Shown here: positions 38,282-47,048 of the stretch, piece after piece
Layout of the letters: each line of letters opens with the position of its first letter
Position numbering within the stretch: position 1 is the stretch's first letter
Assembly: GCA_964543815.1 (NCBI GenBank)
Contig: CAZIZG010000002.1
Span: forward strand, 50,111-114,110
Direction of reading: 5' to 3'
DNA length: 64,000 bases
DNA from: an uncultured Bdellovibrionales bacterium
GTDB taxonomy: Bacteria; Patescibacteriota; Minisyncoccia; Moranbacterales; UBA1568
Notes under the pieces: model-generated
Databases searched by the model: none
What the model was told of the DNA's origin: nothing
What the model saw: only the letters and a program-made list of their open reading frames with translations
Position numbers and translations under genes: made by a program

Positions 38282-41200
38282 CTATGGCGCCACTTCTTTC
38301 CAGTTGTAGTCACAAGAGCGAGTCCCCGGACAATTGATGGTGTTACCACAGCCATCATTAGTAATAACATACTGAGAACCCACGCAGACATTGTCTGTAT
38401 CAGCAGTATGATTGACACAATTATCCGTCGGAACACAAACGTTTGAACATATCGTTCCGTTCCAAAAAAGAGGGATCGCACAGGTAGCACCAACACTTTT
38501 AGTACTGAGTGTTATTCCGTCATGGACGAAAGTAAAGGTATTCCCTCCAGCAGAAACGTGCTTAATTGGTCGGATAACCGTACCCGGGGTAGCTGATGTC
38601 GCTGTACTAAACTCGATACCATCCTGCTGAATTGAGGGAGTCATTGTGAGATTCGAACTCGTCCAAGCAACATAGATATTACACGTTGAAGCACCATTTG
38701 GTATGGTACAAGCCCCATTAGTGAAGTTGGCCGTTGGTACCCCCGCCTCACAAATCCCAAGCGTTGCATTCCATACACCCGCACAAGTCCCACGAACCGT
38801 GACCATATCGCGCGTGGCAAGAGTATCATCACGCAAACGTACCGAATTATTCCCAAATGTTATGGGAAATGCTACGGCCGTACCAGACAGAGCAGTTGAA
38901 TACGTAATATTGCGAGTCCAATTATAGACACTGGCACTCGCCAAATTCTGTGTCCACCAGGTGAAATTGACATCGCACGTTGATTGACCCACGGGAATCG
39001 TACAGCTCGTTGGCCAAGCCGAAAGCATCCCCCCACTTGCCTGGCAAATACCCTGATTCCAGATGAGCGCACCGAAACAAACCGCTGTCATAGTAGCCTG
39101 TTCAAACAATCCTCCCTGATCTCGCAATGTAACCGTGTGAGAGCCGTAATCCAAAGCAACCGGCTGGTTACTCGCTGCTGGATTGTTACTCGTATAGCCC
39201 GTTCCAGAAACTGAGAGTTCGATTGGCGGCACCGCATCGCCGGCAGTTGTCCAGCTCACTCGCCCAGTACAGGTACTATTACCCGCCAAAATAGTACAAC
39301 CTTGAGCCTGAGTAATACCACTCGTTGTTCCCATTCGAAAAGTCACACTGATAGTACCATTAGAAGTAATATTATTAAACGTATACGAACCCGGAGCGCC
39401 AATATTAACCGGGCCGCTCCCCGTATTTACGATAACAGTATCAATAACGTATGGGTAATTTTCTGTAATAGTAAAAGTGCGACTGCTTCCGGCAGGAATA
39501 CCACTGATACTGCCTGAGGGAGAAATGAACCCACCTGAACCAGCCGTAGCAGTAATGGTATAGGTCGTGGGAATAGGTGCGGTGCACGTACCACTATTGG
39601 TACCGACCGGACTACCAGCACCAAGACAGGTCCACTGATAATTAAGCGCTGTGTCAGCCGGTGAATTCGAGTACGTTCCGGAAACACACGTTTCTGCGGT
39701 CACGCCACAGACTCCGTTTATGGTCGTGACACAAGCATTCGGAGCACTCGTATTAACCGCTCCTGACCAACTTGATGACCCGCTTCCATTGGTCGCCCGC
39801 ACGGTATAGCTGTGCGCCGATCCCGCCATGAGACCCGTGTGACTGAAGCTTGAAGTAGCCCCATCATAAATCTGAGTTCCACCGTCGCGGAGCTGATAAC
39901 TGGTAGCGCCGGAAACACTGTTCCAACCAATGTTTATAGTACCACTGCCGCAGGCAGCTGGTGATGCATTAAGCGATGTAGGTGTGCCAGGAATGCCGGC
40001 GGCACAAGCATTCGGAGCATTTGCGTTAACTACCCCCGACCAAGCCGACGATCCGCTCCCGTTCGTTGCTCGTACCGTATAACTATGGGAGGATCCATCA
40101 GTCAGTCCCGTGTGATTAAAGCTCGGAGTGGCCCCATCATAAATCTGAGTTCCACCGTCGCGGAGCTGATAACTGGTAGCGCCGGAAACACTGTTCCAAC
40201 CAATGTTTATAGTACCACTGCCGCAAGCTCCGGGATTTGCTGAAAGCAACGAGGGTGTACCAGGGACACTCACTGCCTTCGCTTCCGTACACGAGGGGGA
40301 ATTAGATCCGCCACCTGAACCCATACAGGTCCAGTTATAGGTAGTAGCGGTATCACCATCCAACCGAGTTGTTCCAGCAACACAATTGTAGTGCGTCGGG
40401 GCACAAACTCCATCTACCCGAGGAGGATTCACGGTGATAGTTGTCGTATCAGTAGCTGTTCCTGCCACATTAGAACAACTGATGGTATAGGTAAATACCC
40501 CGGTCGGTAGACCCGTCAACCTATAATTACTATAGCTCAAGTCACTCCTACTGATACCATTTCCAGAAACCGAGCAACTCGTAGCACTAGTCGAACTCCA
40601 AGTCAGTGCTGCGTTCTCACCCACAGTGATAACGGTACCACTTCCAGCATGTACTACGGAATCCCCTCCCGTTATCACTGAAAATGTTTTTCGCCACCAA
40701 GATTCTTCGACAGACGCGACTGGACCACTTGCTGAAATAGTAGCGGTTGGAGCTACTACTGCTGGATTCACCTGAAGCGTCCGCGTCAATGAGGTAGCCG
40801 ACCCACCGGGGCCCGTACAGGTCACACTCTGTGTGTAGGTCCCAGCGCTCATCGCCGGTGTACTAATTCCAGCATTACTCGTTCCTACATTGCCATTCCA
40901 GATACCTGACCCCGTACAAGAAGTGGCATTCGTTGAGGAGAAAGATATTGATGATGTACTCCCAGCTGTTATAGTAGCGGGATTAAAGGGACTCAGTGTC
41001 ACCGTTGGAGCAGGTGGAGCGGCTATCATAAAATTTAACCGCCCTATATCCATAGACCAGGCCAAATCGGCGCCGGAGCTATTTCTGACGTTGATGACGA
41101 GACGCAACGAAATAAAGTGCCCTCCCGATGACATGCCTCCCGGAATAGCAAATGAGGCATTATAAGGACCAACCACTGTTCCAAAAAATGACATCCCTGA

Positions 41201-42679
41201 AAAGGGCACTTCTACATATCCCCAGGCCGGCAAAGTCTGAGTACCGACTATATCAGCATCGTAGATGGGTCCTGAAAAGTACCCTACCGTTGCAACAGTC
41301 TTTGAAGCTGCCCCCATAGGAGTATCCTTTTCAAAGGTGTACGTCGTTGAAAGTGTCATTGTGTCTCCTGGAACGTATGATGCCTTATCTGAAGATACCG
41401 TAGCTGTTGATGTGACCGCCACTTCACCCATATACATTTGTGTAGTAGACAGGGTCATGGCATGAGTCTGATGCGCTACCCCTATAAGCCCTCCTCCTAC
41501 CACAATAAGAAAAACTCCAACCTTCATGACGCTCGATCGACGGAACAAGGCTCGCCCTCGAAAGAAAACAGCCATGATAACAATGAGTCCCACTATTGCG
41601 TACCCGACCCTTTGTTTGGTAAAAAAAGGAGATGCAACATCCTTCGAGGCATCCTGCGGAAGAAAAAGATTCTGATTCGTCATTTTTTCCAAAGAGAATG
41701 ATTGCTCAATACTATCAAGCACATCACCCGATGAACTAAGCAACGTCACCTCCGCCACACCAGAACGACACGATGCCTGAAATGAAAACTCTGCGACAGC
41801 GCCCATACTATCATTAGTGACATCGGCGCATTCCCCTTGGTCGTGCTTCAAAACAAGGTGTACTCGCAAATCCCTCGTGGGTCGATTAATGGCAACCACC
41901 CCTGACACACTTCCTTCTTTTTGTCCTTTGTACAGAAGGACATTCGCAATTTTACTGGCGGGACCCGGGACCCGAAAACGGAGCACAGAGACCTTTCCTT
42001 GTGTCGTATGAATGATAGCGACATACCCACCAGCGGAAAGTTTTGGCTGCACTACTACAGCCTTGCCGGCCTCTAGATTTACTTTTTCTGATCCTGCCTC
42101 AACACCAAAAAATGATTCTTTGTGATAAATAATATCCAACGTTTCATCTCCTTCTTGAGAAATACAGGAAAAACCACTTTCATTTCCATCAACCGAACAA
42201 GATGCTTTGCTCCCATCTCTTTCGCCAAAATCCCTTTCTGTTACCTTTTGTCTTCCCAAGGGAACACCTCTCTCGGTCTCAGCATATATCCATACTACAA
42301 CTTTACCTTCAAGAGAAACAGGAAAAACGTATGAAAGAGGCATAACCCTTACCTCCCCTTCGTGCAGAGTATCGATTTTTCCAATTGGCATTACATCAAG
42401 AGGATTACCCTCTTCATCCGTTGTAATGATTCCATAGACAATACCATTTTGCTGCCCTCGCCCCCCTAGTACCGAAAATGACCCCTCTACTCCATCTTCC
42501 CGAGATTGGACAGAAACATCTCCAACGTTGACGTCAGCTACCACCGTGGTGTGCTGTGATGATGCAGGAATATCTGCCGGCACTGATTGCATGGCTGTAT
42601 CCTCTGCTCGCACAGAAAAAACACTAAAAGAAAAAACTGCCAGAAGCACGAATCCAAATACAAAACTTCTGAAAATCAT
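38282..42679 (-). CDS. Giant cell-surface protein (~1465 aa from the ATG at 42679): signal peptide, paralog-B module with TM anchor, a second signal-peptide-like segment, then a long Ser/Thr/Gly/Cys-rich body with two tandem Fn3-like repeats
   Basis: The ORF-track version begins at a TTG (42748); the first ATG with a signal peptide is MIFRSFVFGFVLLAVFSFSVFSVRA at 42679. At aa ~385-430 the sequence reads …IVGLIVIMAVFFRGRALFRRSS-VMKVGVFLIVVGGGLIGVAHQTHA…, a TM anchor plus basic tail followed in frame by a signal-peptide-like segment. There is an internal ATG at 41527. Confidence 0.6.
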   Translation of the reverse strand: MIFRSFVFGFVLLAVFSFSVFSVRAEDTAMQSVPADIPASSQHTTVVADVNVGDVSVQSREDGVEGSFSVLGGRGQQNGIVYGIITTDEEGNPLDVMPIGKIDTLHEGEVRVMPLSYVFPVSLEGKVVVWIYAETERGVPLGRQKVTERDFGERDGSKASCSVDGNESGFSCISQEGDETLDIIYHKESFFGVEAGSEKVNLEAGKAVVVQPKLSAGGYVAIIHTTQGKVSVLRFRVPGPASKIANVLLYKGQKEGSVSGVVAINRPTRDLRVHLVLKHDQGECADVTNDSMGAVAEFSFQASCRSGVAEVTLLSSSGDVLDSIEQSFSLEKMTNQNLFLPQDASKDVASPFFTKQRVGYAIVGLIVIMAVFFRGRALFRRSSVMKVGVFLIVVGGGLIGVAHQTHAMTLSTTQMYMGEVAVTSTATVSSDKASYVPGDTMTLSTTYTFEKDTPMGAASKTVATVGYFSGPIYDADIVGTQTLPAWGYVEVPFSGMSFFGTVVGPYNASFAIPGGMSSGGHFISLRLVINVRNSSGADLAWSMDIGRLNFMIAAPPAPTVTLSPFNPATITAGSTSSISFSSTNATSCTGSGIWNGNVGTSNAGISTPAMSAGTYTQSVTCTGPGGSATSLTRTLQVNPAVVAPTATISASGPVASVEESWWRKTFSVITGGDSVVHAGSGTVITVGENAALTWSSTSATSCSVSGNGISRSDLSYSNYRLTGLPTGVFTYTISCSNVAGTATDTTTITVNPPRVDGVCAPTHYNCVAGTTRLDGDTATTYNWTCMGSGGGSNSPSCTEAKAVSVPGTPSLLSANPGACGSGTINIGWNSVSGATSYQLRDGGTQIYDGATPSFNHTGLTDGSSHSYTVRATNGSGSSAWSGVVNANAPNACAAGIPGTPTSLNASPAACGSGTINIGWNSVSGATSYQLRDGGTQIYDGATSSFSHTGLMAGSAHSYTVRATNGSGSSSWSGAVNTSAPNACVTTINGVCGVTAETCVSGTYSNSPADTALNYQWTCLGAGSPVGTNSGTCTAPIPTTYTITATAGSGGFISPSGSISGIPAGSSRTFTITENYPYVIDTVIVNTGSGPVNIGAPGSYTFNNITSNGTISVTFRMGTTSGITQAQGCTILAGNSTCTGRVSWTTAGDAVPPIELSVSGTGYTSNNPAASNQPVALDYGSHTVTLRDQGGLFEQATMTAVCFGALIWNQGICQASGGMLSAWPTSCTIPVGQSTCDVNFTWWTQNLASASVYNWTRNITYSTALSGTAVAFPITFGNNSVRLRDDTLATRDMVTVRGTCAGVWNATLGICEAGVPTANFTNGACTIPNGASTCNIYVAWTSSNLTMTPSIQQDGIEFSTATSATPGTVIRPIKHVSAGGNTFTFVHDGITLSTKSVGATCAIPLFWNGTICSNVCVPTDNCVNHTADTDNVCVGSQYVITNDGCGNTINCPGTRSCDYNWKEVAP
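39735..40285. repeat. Tandem direct repeat (2 copies of a ~273-bp unit) inside the giant surface-protein gene, encoding two ~91-aa Fn3-like modules
   Basis: A near-identical ~100-bp core (…ccccatcataaatctgagttccaccgtcgcggagctgataactggtagcgccggaaacactgttccaaccaatgtttatagtaccactgccgca…) begins at 39859 and 40132. The protein repeats read GTINIGWNSVSGATSYQLRDGGTQIYDG…YTVRATNGSGSS. Confidence 0.85.
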
Positions 42680-42808
42680 ATATAAAAAATGTTTGTTTTC
42701 TTTTTTATACCACAAATATACTCTGTTTCCAAATAATGAGATATCCAACCCTTGCTGTCATCAATGGGATTAAGGAGTAATCTTCTGTTTTGATTTCATC
42801 ATTTTTTG

Positions 42809-42851
42809 AGAAAAAAAAACCGCCACCTTAGAATTTCTTCTAAGTTGGCGG
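42809..42851 (-). terminator. Intrinsic terminator after the GC-rich lipoprotein gene
   Basis: Compound stem CCGCCAC-CTTAGAA-tttc-TTCTAAG-TTGGCGG. On the minus strand it is followed by a run of 9 U. Confidence 0.6.
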
Positions 42852-42865
42852 AAACTGATGGTCAG

Positions 42866-44815
42866 TCAGTTCGGTGCGAGAATGGCCCACGGCTGTGGAC
42901 CCACTCCCGCGATGACACGCTTCACGGCAAGCGTCTGGCGATCAAGTACCGCCACACTGTCACCATCGAACCAGATGTCCTTCCGGGGCAGTGCCACCCA
43001 GACTTCGTTCCCAACCAGAGTCATGCCCATGGGCATATCCCCAGTCATCACCCGTCCGGTTTCCTGAAGCGTCGCTGGATCGTAAGCCACGACATGGGAG
43101 TCGTAGTCACTCACGAGGAGTCGCTTGGTAACCGGATCGATCAGAAGTCGCATGGCATGCTGCCACTGACCCGTAAGCCCCGGCAAGCCACGTGTCACCA
43201 CGTTGCCTGTCGAAAGGGTGATGGTTGAAAGGGTGTTGTCGCCGGAGTTGGCGACAGAGAGCACCCCTCCATCCTCCACCACATCCTGCGGCACCGACCC
43301 CACCGTGAAGGTTCGGCTGATTTGGCAGGATGACTCGCAGCCAAACTCGGTCACCGTACCGGAAGTACCAGCCCGATAACCATCGCGACTCTTATAGGTG
43401 TCTTGCTCACCGTACATACCACTTCTGGCAGCATTGAGCGAGTAGAACTTTCCAGTAGTCGCCGAGTAGTGCAGCCTCATGGAGACCATGTCGGCCGGAA
43501 TGAATCCCGGCCCTGTCTCCAGCCGTTCACCCGTGAGGTGATTAAAGCAGATGACCTTGCCCTGCCAGATATAGGCGTCCGGATACTGATTGCCCAATAT
43601 CACGCACACCTGCGTCGGTGACGAAGCGACACTGTGAATCCCGTGTGCCAGAGCCGGCGCCGGATCAAGCTGGAAGGCTGAGAGCACCACTCCTGTCTCA
43701 CCATCCAGGCGATACAGAAACTGAGCGTACGTGGCCGGCGCAGCGTAGACCACGCCCGCCACCGCACTCCAAGCCAGGTGGCCATTGGTGAACTGGTAGC
43801 TCCCAAGCGCATCGCCCAGGTGTACCGTCCGCGACGCACCCGAGGCCGAGACAATGGAAACGCCCGCCTTGGTCGTGAAGTTTCCCTTCCAATTCCCCAC
43901 AAACACCTGGCCATTGGTTGTGGCCGAGCGAGTAGTGAAACTGAGGGTGGTAGCGGCACTGGGGTAGCCGAGGCTCCCCTGAATGCCGCCGACCGTGAGC
44001 GTATTGCTCGCGCCCATCGGCCAGCGCTCTTCACCCGGGAGACCCGGGAGGATGTTGACGGTCTTCCCCGCACTGTCGCAGGTAACCGTCGCCAACACTT
44101 GACCCATCTTGCCCGTCCCACTGACGCCGGTGCAATTGAGCACCTGGTCGTAGGTCAGGGTGAGCCTGGTCAGTTTGGCAACAACATCCGTTGCACCATC
44201 AGCCGGCACTTGGCGGTCAGCGGTGACAAGCGTCGCTTGCAACAACTTCGGACCGCACAGGGTCGGCTTGACCTGACACTTGAAGTCACCGAGAGCGCCG
44301 AAGCGCACGAGGACATTCCCGGTGTAGGGCCCGATGCCATACACCCCACCGACATCACTGCCGCCGACACGCACGCCCACCAGGTTGCCCCGGTAGTCAC
44401 GGTAGTCATAGGAGTTACCGTCAGCGAGCACGTTGTAGTTCGTGCTCGCCGCACCGACGAAGAGCGACGGGTAGCGTACTGCTGCCCAGTCAAAGAGCTC
44501 GTCGTTACTCACCTGGTCAGTATTGACTGCCAGGGCCTGAGCTCGTCCACCCTGACCGGTCTTGGCCGGGGTGAACCGAATTTCGATGGTCGCCGGAGCG
44601 ACTGAAGGTGGCACTGAGAGCGCCTGAGCCCGTGGCGACCCATCAAAAACGGTACCGCGGTCGACAGCTGACCCAGTGAAGGGGACTGCGACTATGGGCT
44701 TGTCAGTCACAGGAGCAGAGGGAGTAGTGGCTGATCCACCACCTCCACAACCGGAAAGCACCAGAAATGAAACCGCGGCCAGGGCCGCGCAAAGCGTACG
44801 ATAGACCGAGGCCAT
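42866..44815 (-). CDS. Lipoprotein with Ig-like and YVTN/beta-propeller-like repeats; GC-rich, compositionally foreign
   Basis: Lipobox FLVLSGC right after an N-terminal signal, 649 aa. Repeated …DSHVVAYDPATL… and …LLVSDYD… beta-propeller-like segments. Strong SD (GGAGGG) before the ATG, unlike native genes. Visibly high GC with overlapping spurious ORFs in other frames. Confidence 0.65.
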   Translation of the reverse strand: MASVYRTLCAALAAVSFLVLSGCGGGGSATTPSAPVTDKPIVAVPFTGSAVDRGTVFDGSPRAQALSVPPSVAPATIEIRFTPAKTGQGGRAQALAVNTDQVSNDELFDWAAVRYPSLFVGAASTNYNVLADGNSYDYRDYRGNLVGVRVGGSDVGGVYGIGPYTGNVLVRFGALGDFKCQVKPTLCGPKLLQATLVTADRQVPADGATDVVAKLTRLTLTYDQVLNCTGVSGTGKMGQVLATVTCDSAGKTVNILPGLPGEERWPMGASNTLTVGGIQGSLGYPSAATTLSFTTRSATTNGQVFVGNWKGNFTTKAGVSIVSASGASRTVHLGDALGSYQFTNGHLAWSAVAGVVYAAPATYAQFLYRLDGETGVVLSAFQLDPAPALAHGIHSVASSPTQVCVILGNQYPDAYIWQGKVICFNHLTGERLETGPGFIPADMVSMRLHYSATTGKFYSLNAARSGMYGEQDTYKSRDGYRAGTSGTVTEFGCESSCQISRTFTVGSVPQDVVEDGGVLSVANSGDNTLSTITLSTGNVVTRGLPGLTGQWQHAMRLLIDPVTKRLLVSDYDSHVVAYDPATLQETGRVMTGDMPMGMTLVGNEVWVALPRKDIWFDGDSVAVLDRQTLAVKRVIAGVGPQPWAILAPN

Positions 44816-44952
44816 GATGGGCCCTCCATAAAAGTTGATACTAAATTGTCAAAGCCCGCATGGCGGGGTGACTGTGAGACGAGTCAAAAACAAGGGATTA
44901 ACCTGCCTTCTCGTTGTCAACAAAATAGCATTATTAAGCCATTTTGTCAATA

Positions 44953-46230
44953 TTAAAGGAGCTTTTTATAATTATCAGCCCAGTAGAGAATACCATTGAT
45001 GTATGGAGCATAGCTCGTCCCAAGATAGGCTGCGGCTGCCCGTTTCCAGGCCGACCGATTCCCATCATCTACTCCGGGAACCTTATCAAGCTTCAAGGCC
45101 ATCGCCATAACACCATCTGTTAGATTCCAGGGACTGGGTGGATTATGTCCAGTTGCTGAGGCTACCGACGACTTATAAGCGACCCAGGTGTCGGGCATAA
45201 ACTGCGCCACCCCCATAGCCCCACCAGTTCCAATATACCCTTTAGGATTACAGGATACTTTTTGTTTACGATAATCGATATCAAGTTCCTTCGTAATTGT
45301 TTTGAAAATATCACGCCGACGGAGAAAAGTGGCCCAGGCTGTCTTACCAAGTTTCTTTGCTTTATAACTCGCATTCGCTCCATCCTCAACCTGAGCATAG
45401 GTGCAACCTCCAACATTAGCACCGAGGTTTGTTTCCATTTTGAGAACTCCGAATAAAAAACCCTTAGGAACGCCCGTTTTCTTACTGGCAAAATCTACGG
45501 CATCTTCAATATCTTTAGCGTTGTAGGACTTACCAAGTATCTTATTCAAATCACCCTGCAATTCACTCAGTTCTTTTTTTAATCGATTCACCGTGGTAGC
45601 CTGGTCCTCAAGATCATCCTGGACATCATTCTTTGCCACCACCAAATTTTGTTTTTGTTTATTTTGGATAGCAAGCAGCTCTTCGTGATCTTGTTTCGCA
45701 TCTTCTAGTGTCGACTTCTCATCTACAATTTTACTTTTCGTCACATTGATGTCATCGATTATCGAGGCTATCTTTTCCTGCGTTGAGAGCAGACCCTCCT
45801 CATTTTGAAAAAAATGAGTTACATCATCCTGAGAGAGAACAATTTCCACAAGTGGCGTACCATCTGATAGATAGAGCTCCTGCATGAGGCTCCCTAAAAT
45901 TTTCCGTTCCAAGGTAAGTTGATTATCCAAATTGGCAATTTCAGCCTCTTTTTGATCGATGGTCTGACTGGTCTGATTGAGGAGATTCTGCACACGAAGT
46001 ATGGCTGCCTGAGTCGATGTCAGATTGGTCGTAATCTGGTTGAGATTACTTTGGAGAGCGCCATACTTTTTCTCAGCATCCTTCAGTTTCTTTTCCAGTT
46101 TTTCGATATCATCCTGAATCTCGTCCGCTGATTCATCAGCCTGCGCCGGATGAGCATACACACATAAGGAGAGGATTCCAAAAAATCCAAGAAAAAACAG
46201 ACTCAAAAAAGTGGTTTTGATATTGCTCAT
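44953..46230 (-). CDS. Secreted coiled-coil protein with a C-terminal MltB-like lytic transglycosylase domain
   Basis: Signal peptide at the internal Met (MSNIKTTFLSLFFLGFFGILSLCVYAHPAQA). About 230 aa of coiled coil, then …GGAMGVAQFMPDTW…, the MltB/Slt35 signature. Confidence 0.75.
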   Translation of the reverse strand: MSNIKTTFLSLFFLGFFGILSLCVYAHPAQADESADEIQDDIEKLEKKLKDAEKKYGALQSNLNQITTNLTSTQAAILRVQNLLNQTSQTIDQKEAEIANLDNQLTLERKILGSLMQELYLSDGTPLVEIVLSQDDVTHFFQNEEGLLSTQEKIASIIDDINVTKSKIVDEKSTLEDAKQDHEELLAIQNKQKQNLVVAKNDVQDDLEDQATTVNRLKKELSELQGDLNKILGKSYNAKDIEDAVDFASKKTGVPKGFLFGVLKMETNLGANVGGCTYAQVEDGANASYKAKKLGKTAWATFLRRRDIFKTITKELDIDYRKQKVSCNPKGYIGTGGAMGVAQFMPDTWVAYKSSVASATGHNPPSPWNLTDGVMAMALKLDKVPGVDDGNRSAWKRAAAAYLGTSYAPYINGILYWADNYKKLL

Positions 46231-46407
46231 AGTACCATCTAGTATATCATACCCCGGTCTTCGGGGCATTGACACGGATTCACTCTTATTCCATACTAGT
46301 CGAGTTGGTCCTGTTACTTCAGTCAACACTTGGGAATCTCCAAGGGACACTGACCTGACTGGATTAACCCTTTTTTCTAGTTCCTACCAACCAGAGGAGG
46401 TCCCGCT

Positions 46408-46989
46408 GTGGATTTTCAGAAAAACCCCGTTACGCATGCCATTCTGACCTGCTACGACGATCGTATCGATGACGTCGTGGGTCAGGAAGTGGAGCGAATT
46501 CGGTCAGAGGGCGGCATCATTCGGGACAAAGACATCATCCGACCCCCAGGTGGCGTGCACATGCTTGCCGGCAAGACCGACTGCCGCAAGGCCTTCTACG
46601 AGATGATTTCTGGCCTGCATGTCATCGCCAGGACGACGGTCTTCCATCTTTGGCCTCACACCAACTGCCAATACTGCGGCATCCATCTTCCAGAGAAACT
46701 GGGCAACGGCAGCAAAAGCGATCTTCGCTTTCACCTGCGAAGCGCCGAAAAGATGCTCGATGGAGCCATGGGACACTTCGCTGCCAGCGCTGCGGGCACC
46801 GTTCCCACTCTCGATGTCCGCATCATCCTGACTGTCGACCAGCGCATCATCACCATCGACCAAGCGCATGGCCTACTTCCCAATGTCCCTGAGGGCAACC
46901 AACACGGCGCTCCGTGCTTGAGCTCGACCCTTCACCCAGGCAACGGACACCATCGTTCCCACGGAATCTCTCATCATCAGCAGAGCTAG
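46408..46989 (+). CDS. Beta-carbonic-anhydrase-like protein (tentative); GC-rich, strong SD, GTG start
   Basis: CxDxR (ILTCYDDRID) and HxxC (HTNCQYCG) motifs spaced as in beta-CA, 193 aa, with a His-rich C-terminus. GAGGAGG lies 7 nt before the GTG. Confidence 0.4.
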   Translation: MDFQKNPVTHAILTCYDDRIDDVVGQEVERIRSEGGIIRDKDIIRPPGGVHMLAGKTDCRKAFYEMISGLHVIARTTVFHLWPHTNCQYCGIHLPEKLGNGSKSDLRFHLRSAEKMLDGAMGHFAASAAGTVPTLDVRIILTVDQRIITIDQAHGLLPNVPEGNQHGAPCLSSTLHPGNGHHRSHGISHHQQS

Positions 46990-47011
46990 TCTCCGGTGGT
47001 AAACCACCACT

Positions 47012-47046
47012 AGGCGTACCTGTAACACCAGGACGCCTTTTTCATT
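47012..47046 (+). terminator. Intrinsic terminator after the beta-CA-like gene
   Basis: AGGCGUACCUG-uaaca-CCAGGACGCCU followed by UUUUUCAUUUC. Confidence 0.55.
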
Positions 47047-47048
47047 TC

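Noticed and set aside
38282-42748. ORF-track start of the giant surface ORF at 42748
   Set aside because: That codon is TTG and the first 23 residues do not form a signal peptide. The ATG at 42679 begins a canonical signal peptide, so the CDS was shortened to 42679.
43600-44605. Long overlapping ORFs 43600..44121(-), 43778..44605(+), 44170..44493(-) and 43698..43892(-)
   Set aside because: They are alternative-frame or antisense ORFs inside the GC-rich lipoprotein gene. High GC suppresses stop codons. They have Arg/Pro/Ala-rich low-complexity translations and no independent support.
44840-44935. Repeated TTGTCAA/TTGACAA motifs as a CRISPR-like or tandem repeat array
   Set aside because: There are only 3-4 short 7-mers at irregular spacing in a promoter region. 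This is consistent with -35-like boxes, not a repeat-spacer array.
46504-46892. ORFs 46504..46869(-), 46619..46831(+) and 46650..46892(+) overlapping the beta-CA-like gene
   Set aside because: Same GC-rich stop-codon-depletion artefact. They are nested within a gene that has an SD and family-like motifs.
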